Shown: positions 17,093 through 27,869, counted from the stretch's first letter. The stretch is 64,000 nucleotides of DNA from Verrucomicrobiota bacterium (GCA_036821485.1 DAISJM010000002.1:3771-67770); one strand, 5' to 3'. The notes: generated by a model not told the origin, from the sequence alone. Program-made: numbers and translations.

Positions 17093-20000
17093 ATGGCCGT
17101 GTCTAATGTGAAGTCAAAACCGGCGCCGGCACCCGTTTCCCCGGAGAAACCGGCAGTTCCCGATCAACAAACCGGCGCCTTCTTTCGGCGCGTGGACTGG
17201 GCAGCTTTCTGGACCACCTTTCTGATCACCCTGGCGGTCTATGTCTATACTCTCGCGCCCACCGTCACACTCGAAGACTCGGGCGAACTCGCCGTCGGTT
17301 CGGATTACCTTGGCGTCCCCCATCCTCCGGGCTACCCCATCTGGACGCTGATCACATGGTTCTTCCAGTGGATATTCGGCTGGGTCCGCTACTACGGCCA
17401 TCCCAATCCTGCCTGGTCGGTCGGCCTTGCCTCCGCCTTCTTCGGCGCGCTGGCTTGCGGGCTGCTGGCCCTTCTGGTCTGCCGATCCGGCTCGGATATG
17501 CTCCGCAGCCTGAAGCGCACCACGGAGGTGCTCGGGTACCAGACAGAGAACTTCCTCTGCTGGGTTGGTGGCGTCGCGGGCGGCCTGCTGCTTGCCTTCA
17601 GCCCCGTCCTCTGGTCCCAGTCCGTAATCGTGGAAGTGTATGCCCTGAACGCTTTCTTCCAGGGCTTGATCATTCTCCTGGTCTACCGATGGATGTGTCG
17701 CCCGCGCGAGGATAGCATCCTCTATGCGACCGCATTCATCTTCGGTCTTGGCCTTACGAATCACCAGACACTCCTCTTCGTTGCCCCCGGATTGCTCGTG
17801 GCCATCTGGTTCCGCGACCGCCCTCTCTTCCGCGATTGCCTCGCCCTCTTGTTCTGGGCCGTGGCCGGGCTGATGTTCTGGAAGTCTTCACAGATAACCG
17901 GCGGCAACCTGAGCCCCGAGGCCCTGCGCGACAAGCACACGCAGATGACGCTCGGCCTGCTCTTCCTCGTCGCCCCGGTCGGCCTGTTCCTCATCGAACG
18001 CAAGCTTTTCACCGAGTGGAAACGCGTCATCATCGCTGCGCTACTGGTCGTGCTCGGCGTCTCCTTCTACGCCTATCTGCCGTTCTCGTCGGAACAGAAC
18101 CCGCCCATCAACTGGGGCTATCCCCGCACCCCCGAGGGTTTCTGGCATGCCCTCAGCCGCGGCCAGTATGAGAAAATCACCCCGGCCGACATCTTCACCA
18201 AGAAATTCCTTCTACAGGTGTCGTCCTACCTGGGCGACTTGCGCCAGCAGTTCACATTCCCCATCACACTGATCGGCCTCGTGCCCTTCTTCTTTATCCA
18301 CAAGATCGATCGGAAGACACGGACGTGGCTCTTCACCACGCTGATTTCATTCTTCTCGCTCGGCATCGTGCTCATCACCTTCCAGAACCCGCAGTTGGAT
18401 ATCCAGACGCTCTTCATCGGTCGCGTGCAATTCATCCAATCCCACGCCGTGTACGCCATCTGGCTGGGCTATGGCCTGCTGTTCGGGCTGGCCTTCGCCG
18501 AAGCCGCCCTTGGCGGACGCTTCGGTCAGGGCGAGAAGGCTCGGAAGCCGTGGGTCTTCGGCATCAGCCTCGCCTACCTCGTGCTGGGCACGCTGCTCAT
18601 CCTTAAGATCAGTGCTGCCGACGTCGCCGCGATCTGGACGATCTTCTTCATCCTGCTCGGCCTCACCATCATCGTGATCGTTTTCGGTCACCGCCAGGCC
18701 GCCCGTATCGCAGCCGTGGGTCTGGCCCTGCTCATTCCTCTCACGCTCATTTTCCAGAACGCCTACGATGAGGAGCAGATCAAGATCGTCGGCGGCGCCG
18801 AGCAGAATGGCCATGACTTCGGTTGGCAGTTCGGAAGCTGGGAACTCCAGGGCGAAGAAGGTATCCGCGAAAGCCTCAGCTACAAACGCTCGCCCGAGGA
18901 GTTCGAGAAGATCTGGGCAGACTATCCCACGCCCGGGTACCCGTTGCCGATGGACACCAACGCCATCTTCTACGGAGGCACCGATCCCGGCCGTTTCGTG
19001 CCGACCTACATGATCTACAGCGGCAAAGTCCGTCCGGACGTCTACCTCATCACGCAGAACGCGCTCGCGGACAACACCTACATGAGCGTCATGCGCGACC
19101 TCTACGGCGATACCATCTGGATACCCTCCCAGCAGGACAGCAACTACGCGTTCCAGAAATACGTCGAGGATGTGCAGTCAGGGCGCATCCCCGCCGGCGC
19201 CGAGGTACAGTTTGAGAACGGTCGCGTCAGCGTGCAGGGCGTGCAGGGCGTGATGATGATCAACGGCATCCTTGCCAAGATGATCTTCGAGGCCAACCGG
19301 CACAAGAACACCTTCTACGTCGAGGAAAGCTACGTCATTCCGTGGATGTACCCCTACCTCGAACCCCACGGCCTGATCATGAAGATCAACAACGAACAGC
19401 TCTCCAGCCTTACGCCGGAAATGGTGAACAACGACCGCAAGTTCTGGGACTGGTACACCAAGTATCTCATGGACAACCCCAAGTTCCTGCGCGACGTCGT
19501 TGCCCGCAAGACCTTCTCCAAGCTGCGCGGCGCCATCGCCGGTATCTATGCCTTCCGGCGCATGTTCCCCGAAGCCGAATATGCCTTTGTGCAGGCCATC
19601 GAGCTCTACCCGCTCAGCCCCGAAGCCAATTTCCGTCTCGCCGATGTTTACATGCAGCAGCGCAAATTCACCCAGGCGCGCGAACTCATTGAGCGCTTCC
19701 TCAAGGAAGATCCGGGCAACGACAAGGTCGAGGGGTTCCTCAACCAGATTCGTGAAACAGAAAATGCTGACGGCCGCCGTCAGGAACTCGAGCAGAAATT
19801 CTCCAGCGGTCAGGCCGACCTCAATGTCGCGCTGGAACTTGCCGACCTCTATCGCAAGCTCGCCATGGACGGCCCCTTCCAAGGGCTGACGACCAGCATC
19901 CTGAACGATACCAATGTTCCGGCCAACGTGTATCTCGCGGTGGCCAAACTGTTCGCAGACGCGAAGCGCGGCGACCTGCTCATCAATGCGCTACAACGCT

Positions 20001-20254
20001 ACCTCGCACGCGAACCGGCCAACCCGCGCGTGTGGATTGACCTTGCGGCGATCCAAGCCGGCATGCAGAAACCTGACGATGCGATTCAGTCTATTTCGCG
20101 CGCAGTCGAAATTGGCGGGGAACCCGCACGGGATATGGTTCGCAAGGATCGGCGGTTTGACGGGCTGCGCGACAACCCGAGATTCAAGGCCTTGGTGCCA
20201 CAGGCGGCGCAGTCTTTGCCCATCAGCCTCCCGGGCAATCTGCCGCTGTTCTGA
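17093..20254 (+). CDS. GT-C-fold membrane glycosyltransferase-like protein (DUF2723 / PMT-2-like N-terminal domain) with C-terminal TPR repeats
   Basis: 1053 aa. N-terminal half has 11 or more TM segments with YPIWTLITWFFQW and DxD-like motifs; C-terminal ~300 aa are TPR repeats. Paralogous to the gene at 23107-26322. Confidence 0.7.
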   Translation: MAVSNVKSKPAPAPVSPEKPAVPDQQTGAFFRRVDWAAFWTTFLITLAVYVYTLAPTVTLEDSGELAVGSDYLGVPHPPGYPIWTLITWFFQWIFGWVRYYGHPNPAWSVGLASAFFGALACGLLALLVCRSGSDMLRSLKRTTEVLGYQTENFLCWVGGVAGGLLLAFSPVLWSQSVIVEVYALNAFFQGLIILLVYRWMCRPREDSILYATAFIFGLGLTNHQTLLFVAPGLLVAIWFRDRPLFRDCLALLFWAVAGLMFWKSSQITGGNLSPEALRDKHTQMTLGLLFLVAPVGLFLIERKLFTEWKRVIIAALLVVLGVSFYAYLPFSSEQNPPINWGYPRTPEGFWHALSRGQYEKITPADIFTKKFLLQVSSYLGDLRQQFTFPITLIGLVPFFFIHKIDRKTRTWLFTTLISFFSLGIVLITFQNPQLDIQTLFIGRVQFIQSHAVYAIWLGYGLLFGLAFAEAALGGRFGQGEKARKPWVFGISLAYLVLGTLLILKISAADVAAIWTIFFILLGLTIIVIVFGHRQAARIAAVGLALLIPLTLIFQNAYDEEQIKIVGGAEQNGHDFGWQFGSWELQGEEGIRESLSYKRSPEEFEKIWADYPTPGYPLPMDTNAIFYGGTDPGRFVPTYMIYSGKVRPDVYLITQNALADNTYMSVMRDLYGDTIWIPSQQDSNYAFQKYVEDVQSGRIPAGAEVQFENGRVSVQGVQGVMMINGILAKMIFEANRHKNTFYVEESYVIPWMYPYLEPHGLIMKINNEQLSSLTPEMVNNDRKFWDWYTKYLMDNPKFLRDVVARKTFSKLRGAIAGIYAFRRMFPEAEYAFVQAIELYPLSPEANFRLADVYMQQRKFTQARELIERFLKEDPGNDKVEGFLNQIRETENADGRRQELEQKFSSGQADLNVALELADLYRKLAMDGPFQGLTTSILNDTNVPANVYLAVAKLFADAKRGDLLINALQRYLAREPANPRVWIDLAAIQAGMQKPDDAIQSISRAVEIGGEPARDMVRKDRRFDGLRDNPRFKALVPQAAQSLPISLPGNLPLF

Positions 20255-20375
20255 GAGAAGTTGTCATTCTGATGCCGCTCTTGCGGCAGAAGAATCTCGT
20301 CTTCGGATCTGGGCAACACGCCCTCGAGAGTGTCTTCTGTGGCCGCGACCGTGGGTCGCGGTTCGGCAGGACCGG

Positions 20376-21191
20376 TCACTCGCCCTGATGAATTTGCCGA
20401 CGCGGCATCACCATGCGCCGGCCCGCGTCAAGACTGACCACATCCACCGGGTGGGCATACACGCGCGACAGTTCCGCCGCTTCCATGACTTCTGCTGCCG
20501 CACCACGCCGCACCACACGGCCGTGATCCAGCAACACCAGATCGGAGCAGAACTCGGCCGCCAGATTCAGGTCATGCAGCGACATGACCACCGTGACGCC
20601 ATGGTTACGATTGAGATCACTGATGATTTCTGCCAGGTGCCACGCATGCTGGATATCAAGGTGTGCCGTGGGTTCGTCGAGCAACAGCATGGATGGTTCC
20701 TGCGCCAACGCCAACGCCACCAGCGCTCGCTGCCGCTCACCAGCACTGAGTTCGTCGACAAGCCGATCCTCAAACCCGATGAGGTCGGCCATTTCCAATG
20801 CCCGATGCACGGCTGAAACATCCTCCGGGGAAAGACGCTGCCAGCCCGAAAGGTAGGGAGTCCTCCCAAGCGCAACCAACTCTCCCACGGTGTACGCCAC
20901 AGGGATATCCACTCCCTGCGGAACCACCGCCAGCATCTGCGAGACCCCTCGCCGCGAGATATCGTCCAACAGCCTGCCGCAAATCATCACTCGCCCTTCT
21001 GACGGTCGGATGGACCCGCAGAGCACCCGCAGGAGAGTAGTCTTCCCGGCGCCGTTCGGACCTATGATGCCGGTCATCCCGCCAGCGGGAAGACACAACG
21101 ACACGCCCGTGAGCGCCTCGCGCTCTCCGTATAGCACGCGCACGCCACACGCTTCCATGGCTGCACCGCCATCCGTTGACATCACGTCCAT
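20376..21191 (-). CDS. ABC transporter ATP-binding protein (FecE/BtuD-like, iron-chelate/cobalamin type)
   Basis: Walker A GPNGAGKTT, signature LSAGERQR, Walker B LLLDEP. Start placed at MDVMSTDGG (21191); the longer track ORF has an Arg/Cys-rich N-terminal extension that looks like a GC artefact. Confidence 0.85.
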   Translation of the reverse strand: MDVMSTDGGAAMEACGVRVLYGEREALTGVSLCLPAGGMTGIIGPNGAGKTTLLRVLCGSIRPSEGRVMICGRLLDDISRRGVSQMLAVVPQGVDIPVAYTVGELVALGRTPYLSGWQRLSPEDVSAVHRALEMADLIGFEDRLVDELSAGERQRALVALALAQEPSMLLLDEPTAHLDIQHAWHLAEIISDLNRNHGVTVVMSLHDLNLAAEFCSDLVLLDHGRVVRRGAAAEVMEAAELSRVYAHPVDVVSLDAGRRMVMPRRQIHQGE

Positions 21192-22157
21192 ATTTCCCTC
21201 TGCTTGCGCCGTAGAAGAAGAAGAAAGAACGGGCCGCCCACGATGGCCGTAATGACACCCACGGGCACTTCCACCGGATAGAAGAGCGCACGGCCGAGAC
21301 CGTCGGCCAACACAAGAAAGGCCGCACCGAGAAACGCGGAGGCAATAATCAGGCGCCGATGCTCCGGGCCCACCAGGGCGCGGGCGGCATGGGGCACCGT
21401 CAGCCCCGCAAACGCAATGAGCCCGCTCACGCACACCGAGGCCGCCGTCATCAGCGCCGCCAACGCCAGCAGGATGATCTTCGTCTTCTCCGCATCCACA
21501 CCCGCATGTCCCGCCACCTCATCCCCCAACACCAGCACGTTCATTTCGCGCGCCAGGAAACTGCAGGCCAGCAGACTGAACAGCACCACGCCGCCCGCCC
21601 ACCCGACAAGCCGCGTGTCGAACACCTGCAGGTCGCCCAGAAACCACCAGAGAATCGCATGCAACCCTTCGGCTGAAGATTGGGAAACCAGGAACATCAG
21701 TATACTGCCGCAAAGAGAACTCCACACGACACCGGCAAGAATCAACGTCTGGGGTGCCGTGCGCCGCCCCACGCGGGCAAGCTGATAGACCGCCATGAGA
21801 CTCGCCACAGCCCCGACAAATCCTGCCGCCGGCAACGCCAACGCCCCCAGCGCCATACCCCCGCTAATGATCATCAGCGCAGTTGCAAGCCCTGCTCCGG
21901 AGGAGATGCCCAACACGTAGGGTTCGGCCAGGGGATTCCTCAGCACCGCTTGAAGGACGGCGCCGGATACCGCCAGCGAAGCACCAACCATGGCCCCCAG
22001 TGCTACGCGCCACAGACGTATGGCAAGAATACCACGATGTGCAGGCTCCAGAAGGGAAAGCGGATGCCTCCAACCCTCGCCGAGGAACACCCCCGCCCCC
22101 ACAACAAGCGGGCAAATCACCATCAACGTCCAGAACCATGTTGTACGTTCAGCTCTC
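21182..22157 (-). CDS. FecCD-family ABC permease (iron-chelate/cobalamin type)
   Basis: Polytopic; LGISSGAGLATALMII..., typical of BtuC/FecCD. Start placed at MRAERTTWFWTLMVI (22157). Confidence 0.85.
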
Positions 22158-22199
22158 ATGCGTATCACGGAATCAAAATCACGGAGACGGCGCGCCGAC

Positions 22200-23066
22200 C
22201 TAAGGGCTGTGCTGCATGAGCCAATCCGCAAAGGCCTCCGCGCCCTCGATCATGCGCGGCCCCGGCCGAAGCAGCCAATCCGGCGGTATCGTAGTGCAGA
22301 CCTTCCCGCTTTGCACAGCCCGAATCCTGTCCCAGCCCGGTCGCCGGGCAAGCCGTTCCGGTGCCGCCATCCCCGGCAACATGTAGGCCAGCAGGATCAC
22401 GTCAGGATCCTCGCGAATGACCCACTCCGAACTGATATGCACGTAACGACCCTTCAGGCCTTCCGCAATATTGTGCCCGCCGGCAAGCCCCACGAGATCG
22501 TGAACAAACGTCGCCCCGCTGACCGTAGTCAACGGATCGCCCCATACTTCCACGTACACCCGTAACTTCTCACGCCCGACAAAATACTTGGCCGTCCTGG
22601 AGGAGAGCGTGTCTCGCCGCGTCTCCATTTCCTTAACCCACTCCTCGCCGCGCGCGGGTTGTCCGAGTTCGCGACTGATCTCCCGCGCGGCGCTCATGAG
22701 GTCGGTCCACCCCTCGCACGGCAGGATGAGCACCCGGACCCCCATCTTCTCCAGCCGGTGAAGCGCCCCCGGCTTCTCAACATCCGTAGCGAGCACCACA
22801 TCAGGTTTGAGATTCTCCACCATTTCGAGCTGCGGCCGTCCGAACCCCCCCGCGATCGGAAGTTGGCACACCGACGGCGGGTAATCGCAGGCACTGGACC
22901 GGCCGACCAGGTGATCACCCAAACCGAGGGCGCACACAAGCTCCGTCAGGCTCGGGGCCAGGCTGACCACGCGAAAACAAACAACGTTCGTTTCGGCTTT
23001 GGAAACAACCGGCGGGAAAAGGCAGGCAAGAAGCAGCGCAAGAAAAAGCTGACGCACCAGGATCAT
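22200..23066 (-). CDS. periplasmic substrate-binding protein, BtuF/FhuD-like (class III SBP)
   Basis: Signal peptide MILVRQLFLALLLACLFPPVVSKA, then VVSLAPSLTELVCALGLGDHLVG, characteristic of cobalamin/iron-siderophore binding proteins. Confidence 0.8.
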   Translation of the reverse strand: MILVRQLFLALLLACLFPPVVSKAETNVVCFRVVSLAPSLTELVCALGLGDHLVGRSSACDYPPSVCQLPIAGGFGRPQLEMVENLKPDVVLATDVEKPGALHRLEKMGVRVLILPCEGWTDLMSAAREISRELGQPARGEEWVKEMETRRDTLSSRTAKYFVGREKLRVYVEVWGDPLTTVSGATFVHDLVGLAGGHNIAEGLKGRYVHISSEWVIREDPDVILLAYMLPGMAAPERLARRPGWDRIRAVQSGKVCTTIPPDWLLRPGPRMIEGAEAFADWLMQHSP

Positions 23067-23106
23067 AGAAGCCCAGCCACCCCAAGACTCCGGCGCGAAG
23101 AAGGCA

Positions 23107-26100
23107 TCAGGCCCCGCCGCGCAGGCGCTTGACCAGATTACGCAGTTCGTCGTACGACTCCGGCCTCAGCTGGCCAGGCCGCGCAAGAAGAGGATCCGCC
23201 AGCCGCAAAGCCTCCTCCTTCATGCCCCGCTTTTCATAGACTTGAGCCATGTGGAGATTGAACTGTGGATCTTCGGGCCGGAACGAAAGGGCCTTCTGAA
23301 TCGCCGCCTGTGCTTCGTCAGCCTTCTCCAGCTTCAACAGTACCATGCCCAGCGTATCCCACGCGGCCATGTGGCGATCATTGACCACGACGGCCTCACG
23401 TGCCAGCGCCAGCGATTCTTCGTAGCGGCCCTTGAGCAGAAGGAGCCAAGCCAAATCGTTGAGCGCGTCGGCGCTACGCTGCTTCTGCAGGCTGGCGCGG
23501 TAGGACGATTCGGCCAGCTCATATTCCTGACGCGAAAACTGAATGGATCCGAGGATATAGTTGGCCAACGCATTGTGCGGGTCCAACGTCAGCAAACGCT
23601 CGACGTGCTCTTCCGCTTTCTGACGAACGCCTTGGGTGACGTCGAGCTGCAGGAGCCACTCAAGTGCTGTGCGATTGTTCGGCTGAATACGCAACACGTT
23701 ATCGAGGTGCTTTCGCGCCCCGTCAAAGTCACGCTGCGCAAGCGCCAGTTGTGACAAGGTCAGCAGAATCTGCGGAGACTCGGTCGCCGCCGGTGTCAGA
23801 ACCGACAGGCATCTGTTTACCGTCTTTTCGTCGTTATCCTCGCTGGCCACCGCCGCAAGCAGCGTCCACGCCGACAAGTTCTTGGGATCTTCCTCAACGA
23901 GCTTCTGCAAGGTCGCTTTGCCGGCAGCTATATCTCCGGAAAGGACCTCAACCATGGCCTCGCGCAGGCGGATCAGTGCGGTAGGCGCGCCAATTTCCTT
24001 CAGCTTGGCGATTGTAGCACGGGCACTGTCGAAATCGCCTTTGCGCATGGCCACATCCAACAACCCGACAAGGGCCGTAGGATTCTCCGGATTGTCCTCC
24101 AGCACCTTGCCGTACAGATCACCGGGCTCGTCCTTCATGCCCTGCATAAGATAGAAGGATGCCATCGCCAGCGACGCCAGTTCCTTGTTGGCCCCCATAG
24201 CCACCGCACGCTGCATTTCGCTGATGGCCATGTTCGGCTTGCCCGACATAGCCCATGCCCAGCCGCGGTTCACAAACGCCTCCGGATTGCGAACATAGCC
24301 GTACGTCTGCGCAAGCGACCAAATGCGCAACCGCGAGCGAAGGCGGCCGGAGAAGTCATCGAACTCGGTCTTCAGCTCTTCCAACTCGGGCCGCGAATCC
24401 CTCTGCGCCACAGAGACCATGTTGAGCAGCGCGCTGACGTTATTCGTGTCGAGTTCCCGCGCTTGATGATAGGCTTCGAAGGCGAGATCGTTGCGGCCAC
24501 TATCCTCCAATGCTACCCCGAGGTTATTGGCCACCTTGCTGATGTGTCCAAGCGCCCAGCGACTCCAATCCGACACTGCACTGTCGGATGCAGCCGAAGC
24601 CTTCAGTTCTGCTCCGCACGTGTTCCAGAACTTCTCATGCTGAGAGAGCGCGGCCTCAGGATCAGGCAGTGTGGCGCTGGGAGCTCCAAGGAAGAGCACC
24701 TCCGCGGGGATGGGCACCTTGTTTCCTCCAAACCACAAATCGCTGGCCGCCAAGACCGCCAACTCATTCTCAACACCAGGTCGGCTCATCCATTCCGAGA
24801 CGAGGGGAATCATTCCCACCTGCGCAAGCCCTCTTAGCCGCGTGTCGTCCAGAAGCGAGGCCACGTAGCGGAGATAGGCGCCCAACCCCTGACCCATGTT
24901 GATGACATGAACCGGCACGTTCTGCTCATGCGCCGAAAGCACGATGAGATCATCCAACACCCCGTTGGAGAGCAGCCAAGTCCGCCCGCCGAGGCGCTCC
25001 ACAACCGCATCTGCAAAATCAGTCAAGGCGCGGCCCGTCCGACCATCAGCCGCTTTGACATTCAGCACAGCGCTCGCCGCAAAGAGCACAAGCAGCATGG
25101 GTATCAGCAGGGCTCGGCCCACACCTCGCAGAATCGATGCCGACCGCGCGTCAAACCGGCTGCGCTGCGCAAGGATGATGTACCAGTAGCCCACCAGGTA
25201 ACCTGTCCAGCAGGCCATGATGACATATGGCGTCACCAGCAGCGGGCGAAAGTGAAGCAGCGGCCACGGAGCGATGGGAATGTTGAACATCACAAGCACA
25301 GACAGAATACTCAGTAACGCGTGCAGAAACTGCGAGCCGTACACGGTGCTCCGCGTCATTGCGCGCTTGGGCGAGCCCACCACGATCATCCATGGAATCA
25401 CGCTCACCAACAGCACCATCAACCAGCCGATCTGCGGCATGCTGAACATGATCGTCCGGTACTGCTCCCTCCAGATGAACCAGAGGACCATGAAGTAGGA
25501 GTTAAATGCGCGCCACTCATAGGCCGGGTGCAGCCGATAAAGCCACGCGTGAATGAAGTAGACGGATAGACCCAACACGTAGAGCAGGACACACCGCGTC
25601 ACCGTGCCCGCTGTCAACGTCTTGGTTCGCCACATCGCCAACGCGAGCACAAACGCCATGAATGGAGCCAACACGATGAAGGTCGCAAACTCCGTGGTCG
25701 CCAAACCGTACAGCAATACGAATGCATTGAGATGACTGCTCTTCCCTGTCTCCTGAAAACTCATCAGCAGGCGAACGCTGAGCAGGAGCAGAAACACATC
25801 GAATGCCGCCGTATGTGCGCGGGTCGATACAATCCAGAACGGAACACAAAGGGCCAGATACAAGCCGGCGACAAGGCCGGAGATCGTGGCGGGAGCATCC
25901 GCAGGAAACCGCGATTCCACTTCTTCGGCCGTGCGGTTGTGAGGAATACGGGAGACGATTCCGTAGAGCAGCCAAACAGCACCCGCTCCGCAAAGCGCGC
26001 TGAAGAAGTTCAGACGCAACGCGATATCGAAGATCGGGATTACGCCGAGAAGCCGCACCGCCAGGAAATACAAAGGATGCGACATCGGGGGGAACGGATC

Positions 26101-26322
26101 CAGCCCCAGATGCTGCACCATCAGGCGGGCTGATTCACCGGGCGCAGCCGTACGGCTCAACGTCAACAAGTAGACCACCAGCGAAAGCGCAAACAGCCAC
26201 ACGCCGGCCGACCTACGCGAGTTCTTCAGAATACGGTCAATCTTATCGAACATGGCTGCACATGTTAAAGGAAGAGGCCCAATGAGGCAACGCTCATGTG
26301 TGAGGACAGACGCGGGCCGCAC
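23107..26322 (-). CDS. GT-C-fold membrane glycosyltransferase-like protein (DUF2723-like) with C-terminal TPR repeats; paralog of 17093-20254
   Basis: 1071 aa; N-terminal polytopic domain, C-terminal ~450 aa of TPR repeats. The true start may be the internal Met MFDKIDRIL. Confidence 0.7.
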   Translation of the reverse strand: MRPASVLTHERCLIGPLPLTCAAMFDKIDRILKNSRRSAGVWLFALSLVVYLLTLSRTAAPGESARLMVQHLGLDPFPPMSHPLYFLAVRLLGVIPIFDIALRLNFFSALCGAGAVWLLYGIVSRIPHNRTAEEVESRFPADAPATISGLVAGLYLALCVPFWIVSTRAHTAAFDVFLLLLSVRLLMSFQETGKSSHLNAFVLLYGLATTEFATFIVLAPFMAFVLALAMWRTKTLTAGTVTRCVLLYVLGLSVYFIHAWLYRLHPAYEWRAFNSYFMVLWFIWREQYRTIMFSMPQIGWLMVLLVSVIPWMIVVGSPKRAMTRSTVYGSQFLHALLSILSVLVMFNIPIAPWPLLHFRPLLVTPYVIMACWTGYLVGYWYIILAQRSRFDARSASILRGVGRALLIPMLLVLFAASAVLNVKAADGRTGRALTDFADAVVERLGGRTWLLSNGVLDDLIVLSAHEQNVPVHVINMGQGLGAYLRYVASLLDDTRLRGLAQVGMIPLVSEWMSRPGVENELAVLAASDLWFGGNKVPIPAEVLFLGAPSATLPDPEAALSQHEKFWNTCGAELKASAASDSAVSDWSRWALGHISKVANNLGVALEDSGRNDLAFEAYHQARELDTNNVSALLNMVSVAQRDSRPELEELKTEFDDFSGRLRSRLRIWSLAQTYGYVRNPEAFVNRGWAWAMSGKPNMAISEMQRAVAMGANKELASLAMASFYLMQGMKDEPGDLYGKVLEDNPENPTALVGLLDVAMRKGDFDSARATIAKLKEIGAPTALIRLREAMVEVLSGDIAAGKATLQKLVEEDPKNLSAWTLLAAVASEDNDEKTVNRCLSVLTPAATESPQILLTLSQLALAQRDFDGARKHLDNVLRIQPNNRTALEWLLQLDVTQGVRQKAEEHVERLLTLDPHNALANYILGSIQFSRQEYELAESSYRASLQKQRSADALNDLAWLLLLKGRYEESLALAREAVVVNDRHMAAWDTLGMVLLKLEKADEAQAAIQKALSFRPEDPQFNLHMAQVYEKRGMKEEALRLADPLLARPGQLRPESYDELRNLVKRLRGGA

Positions 26323-26461
26323 GCCTTTCGCACCTCCCTGCCGCCTTGCGCGGCGGGAGACGGAATCCTGACTCCCGCGACGCGGGGTCGCCGAGAGCCT
26401 GCAGACTGTAGGGCCGCTGCTTGTCGGCGGCCAATTCTATGACCCAACGGCGATAGTGCGA

Positions 26462-26507
26462 GCCACAAAAGCAAGAGCCCCGCCCTGCGTTAGCAGGACA
26501 GGGCTCT
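26462..26507 (-). terminator. putative rho-independent terminator downstream of the PEP-CTERM gene
   Basis: Imperfect 15-bp stem AGAGCCCCGCCCTGC/GCAGGACAGGGCTCT (13 of 15 pairs) with a GTTA loop at 26474-26507. On the minus strand it is followed by CTTGCTTTTGTGG. Confidence 0.5.
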
Positions 26508-26526
26508 CAGATCACTTTGGTTCAAA

Positions 26527-27102
26527 TTACTTGGCAAAGCGGCGACGGAGGACCATCACCAACGCGCCAAGACCCATGAACGCCCACGTAGCCGGCTCAG
26601 GAACCGCTTCATACGAATTCGCATTCAATGTCTCGCCAAAACCTGTGGTCGTAACATCGATGTTGTAATCGATCGGAGTATATGGCGCCGTCATGTCCGT
26701 AGTATTTGTCGTATAACCATTGAAATACCACATGCCCTGTGTAACGGCTGTGGGGCTTCCAACATCGAATACGCGGACATAGTAGTAGCCGGAAACGAAG
26801 GATTGCGTGTACTGCGGCGCGATGAAATTGGCCCAGGGACTGGCCGTAATGGTGAAATCCGCCCACCACTGATCATCGCCACCGACATAATGCGGATCGG
26901 AGGCATCCGGCAAATCAATGGTCCCATTAGCCCCGCAGAAGATCAACTGAGCCAAAGCCGATCCGCCAGCGTTCAGCAAGCCATTCGGATAACTTGTGTG
27001 CCCAAAAAAACCATCAAGGGACATCCATGTCGTCCCAATTTCGGCCGTCGCAAGCGAGGCCCCCACCGCCACAATCAACGCCACCAGAGCGATCTTCTTC
27101 AT
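26527..27102 (-). CDS. PEP-CTERM sorting-domain secreted protein
   Basis: N-terminal signal peptide; C-terminus VPEPATWAFMGLGALVMVLRRRFAK matches the PEP motif, TM helix and basic tail of PEP-CTERM. Confidence 0.85.
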   Translation of the reverse strand: MKKIALVALIVAVGASLATAEIGTTWMSLDGFFGHTSYPNGLLNAGGSALAQLIFCGANGTIDLPDASDPHYVGGDDQWWADFTITASPWANFIAPQYTQSFVSGYYYVRVFDVGSPTAVTQGMWYFNGYTTNTTDMTAPYTPIDYNIDVTTTGFGETLNANSYEAVPEPATWAFMGLGALVMVLRRRFAK

Positions 27103-27161
27103 CTAATCTCCTCCTGTACTTTACGTTCTCGCCATTATGCGCACAAATACCAGCCAGCCTG

Positions 27162-27869
27162 TTACGGCCAAGTGTAAGGTTTGCTTTCGACCCAATCAAC
27201 CGACTGCGTCGTCCTCACCCAGAAAGCCTGCCCAGGATGTATCACCAAATCAGCCGCCCCATCCCAGACGCCACCGCGAGGATTCTTGGCGTATGGTCCC
27301 AAATACTTATTTGATTCAGAAGACCAAATATAGAGCAGCGAGTTAGCGGGCAACTTCTTGGCCAAATCTGTGTTCGTCCAAGCGGTGTCCACGGGATAAG
27401 GATACCCCAATATGTTCAGTCCAAAGATGCCATCCACCGTGGTGGTGGGAGCTGTGCTCCTGTCGGGAACTTCACCCATCATGAAGACGGGGTAGCTGTT
27501 GGAGGCCGCGCTCTCTGGAATCTTAATCCAAAATCCTTCGCCACGGCACAGGAGATTGGATCCCCCAACACCCCAGCCGCCACGTGGATCGCGAGCAACA
27601 GTCGTCTTATATGTCCTGGTGTCGTAGTTCCAAAGATAGAGGAGCGTCGCAGACGGAAACTGAGTTGAATCAAGCAGGTTTGACAGCACTGTGCAACCAC
27701 CTTGACTGCCATCCATGGATTCAAAATCGAGCCGAACAAGGGCAAACTTGCCTCTCTCTGCATCGACCTTCACGTACCCCACCGCGTTGCGGCTGAGTAC
27801 TTGGGTCTGACCAAAGGCCAGCGTACCAGTCACGACCACCGCCAGCATCACCAGAACCATTCTTTTCAT
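27162..27869 (-). CDS. hypothetical secreted protein
   Basis: Start at MKRMVLVMLAVVVTGTLAFGQ (signal peptide); no recognisable domain; upstream of and co-oriented with the PEP-CTERM gene. Confidence 0.55.
   Translation of the reverse strand: MKRMVLVMLAVVVTGTLAFGQTQVLSRNAVGYVKVDAERGKFALVRLDFESMDGSQGGCTVLSNLLDSTQFPSATLLYLWNYDTRTYKTTVARDPRGGWGVGGSNLLCRGEGFWIKIPESAASNSYPVFMMGEVPDRSTAPTTTVDGIFGLNILGYPYPVDTAWTNTDLAKKLPANSLLYIWSSESNKYLGPYAKNPRGGVWDGAADLVIHPGQAFWVRTTQSVDWVESKPYTWP

Noticed and set aside
20341-20362. Hairpin CCGCGACC-GTG-GGTCGCGG between the convergent GT-C gene and the ABC ATPase gene
   Set aside because: It has a GC-rich 8-bp stem but no T-run on either strand, so it cannot be called a terminator with confidence.
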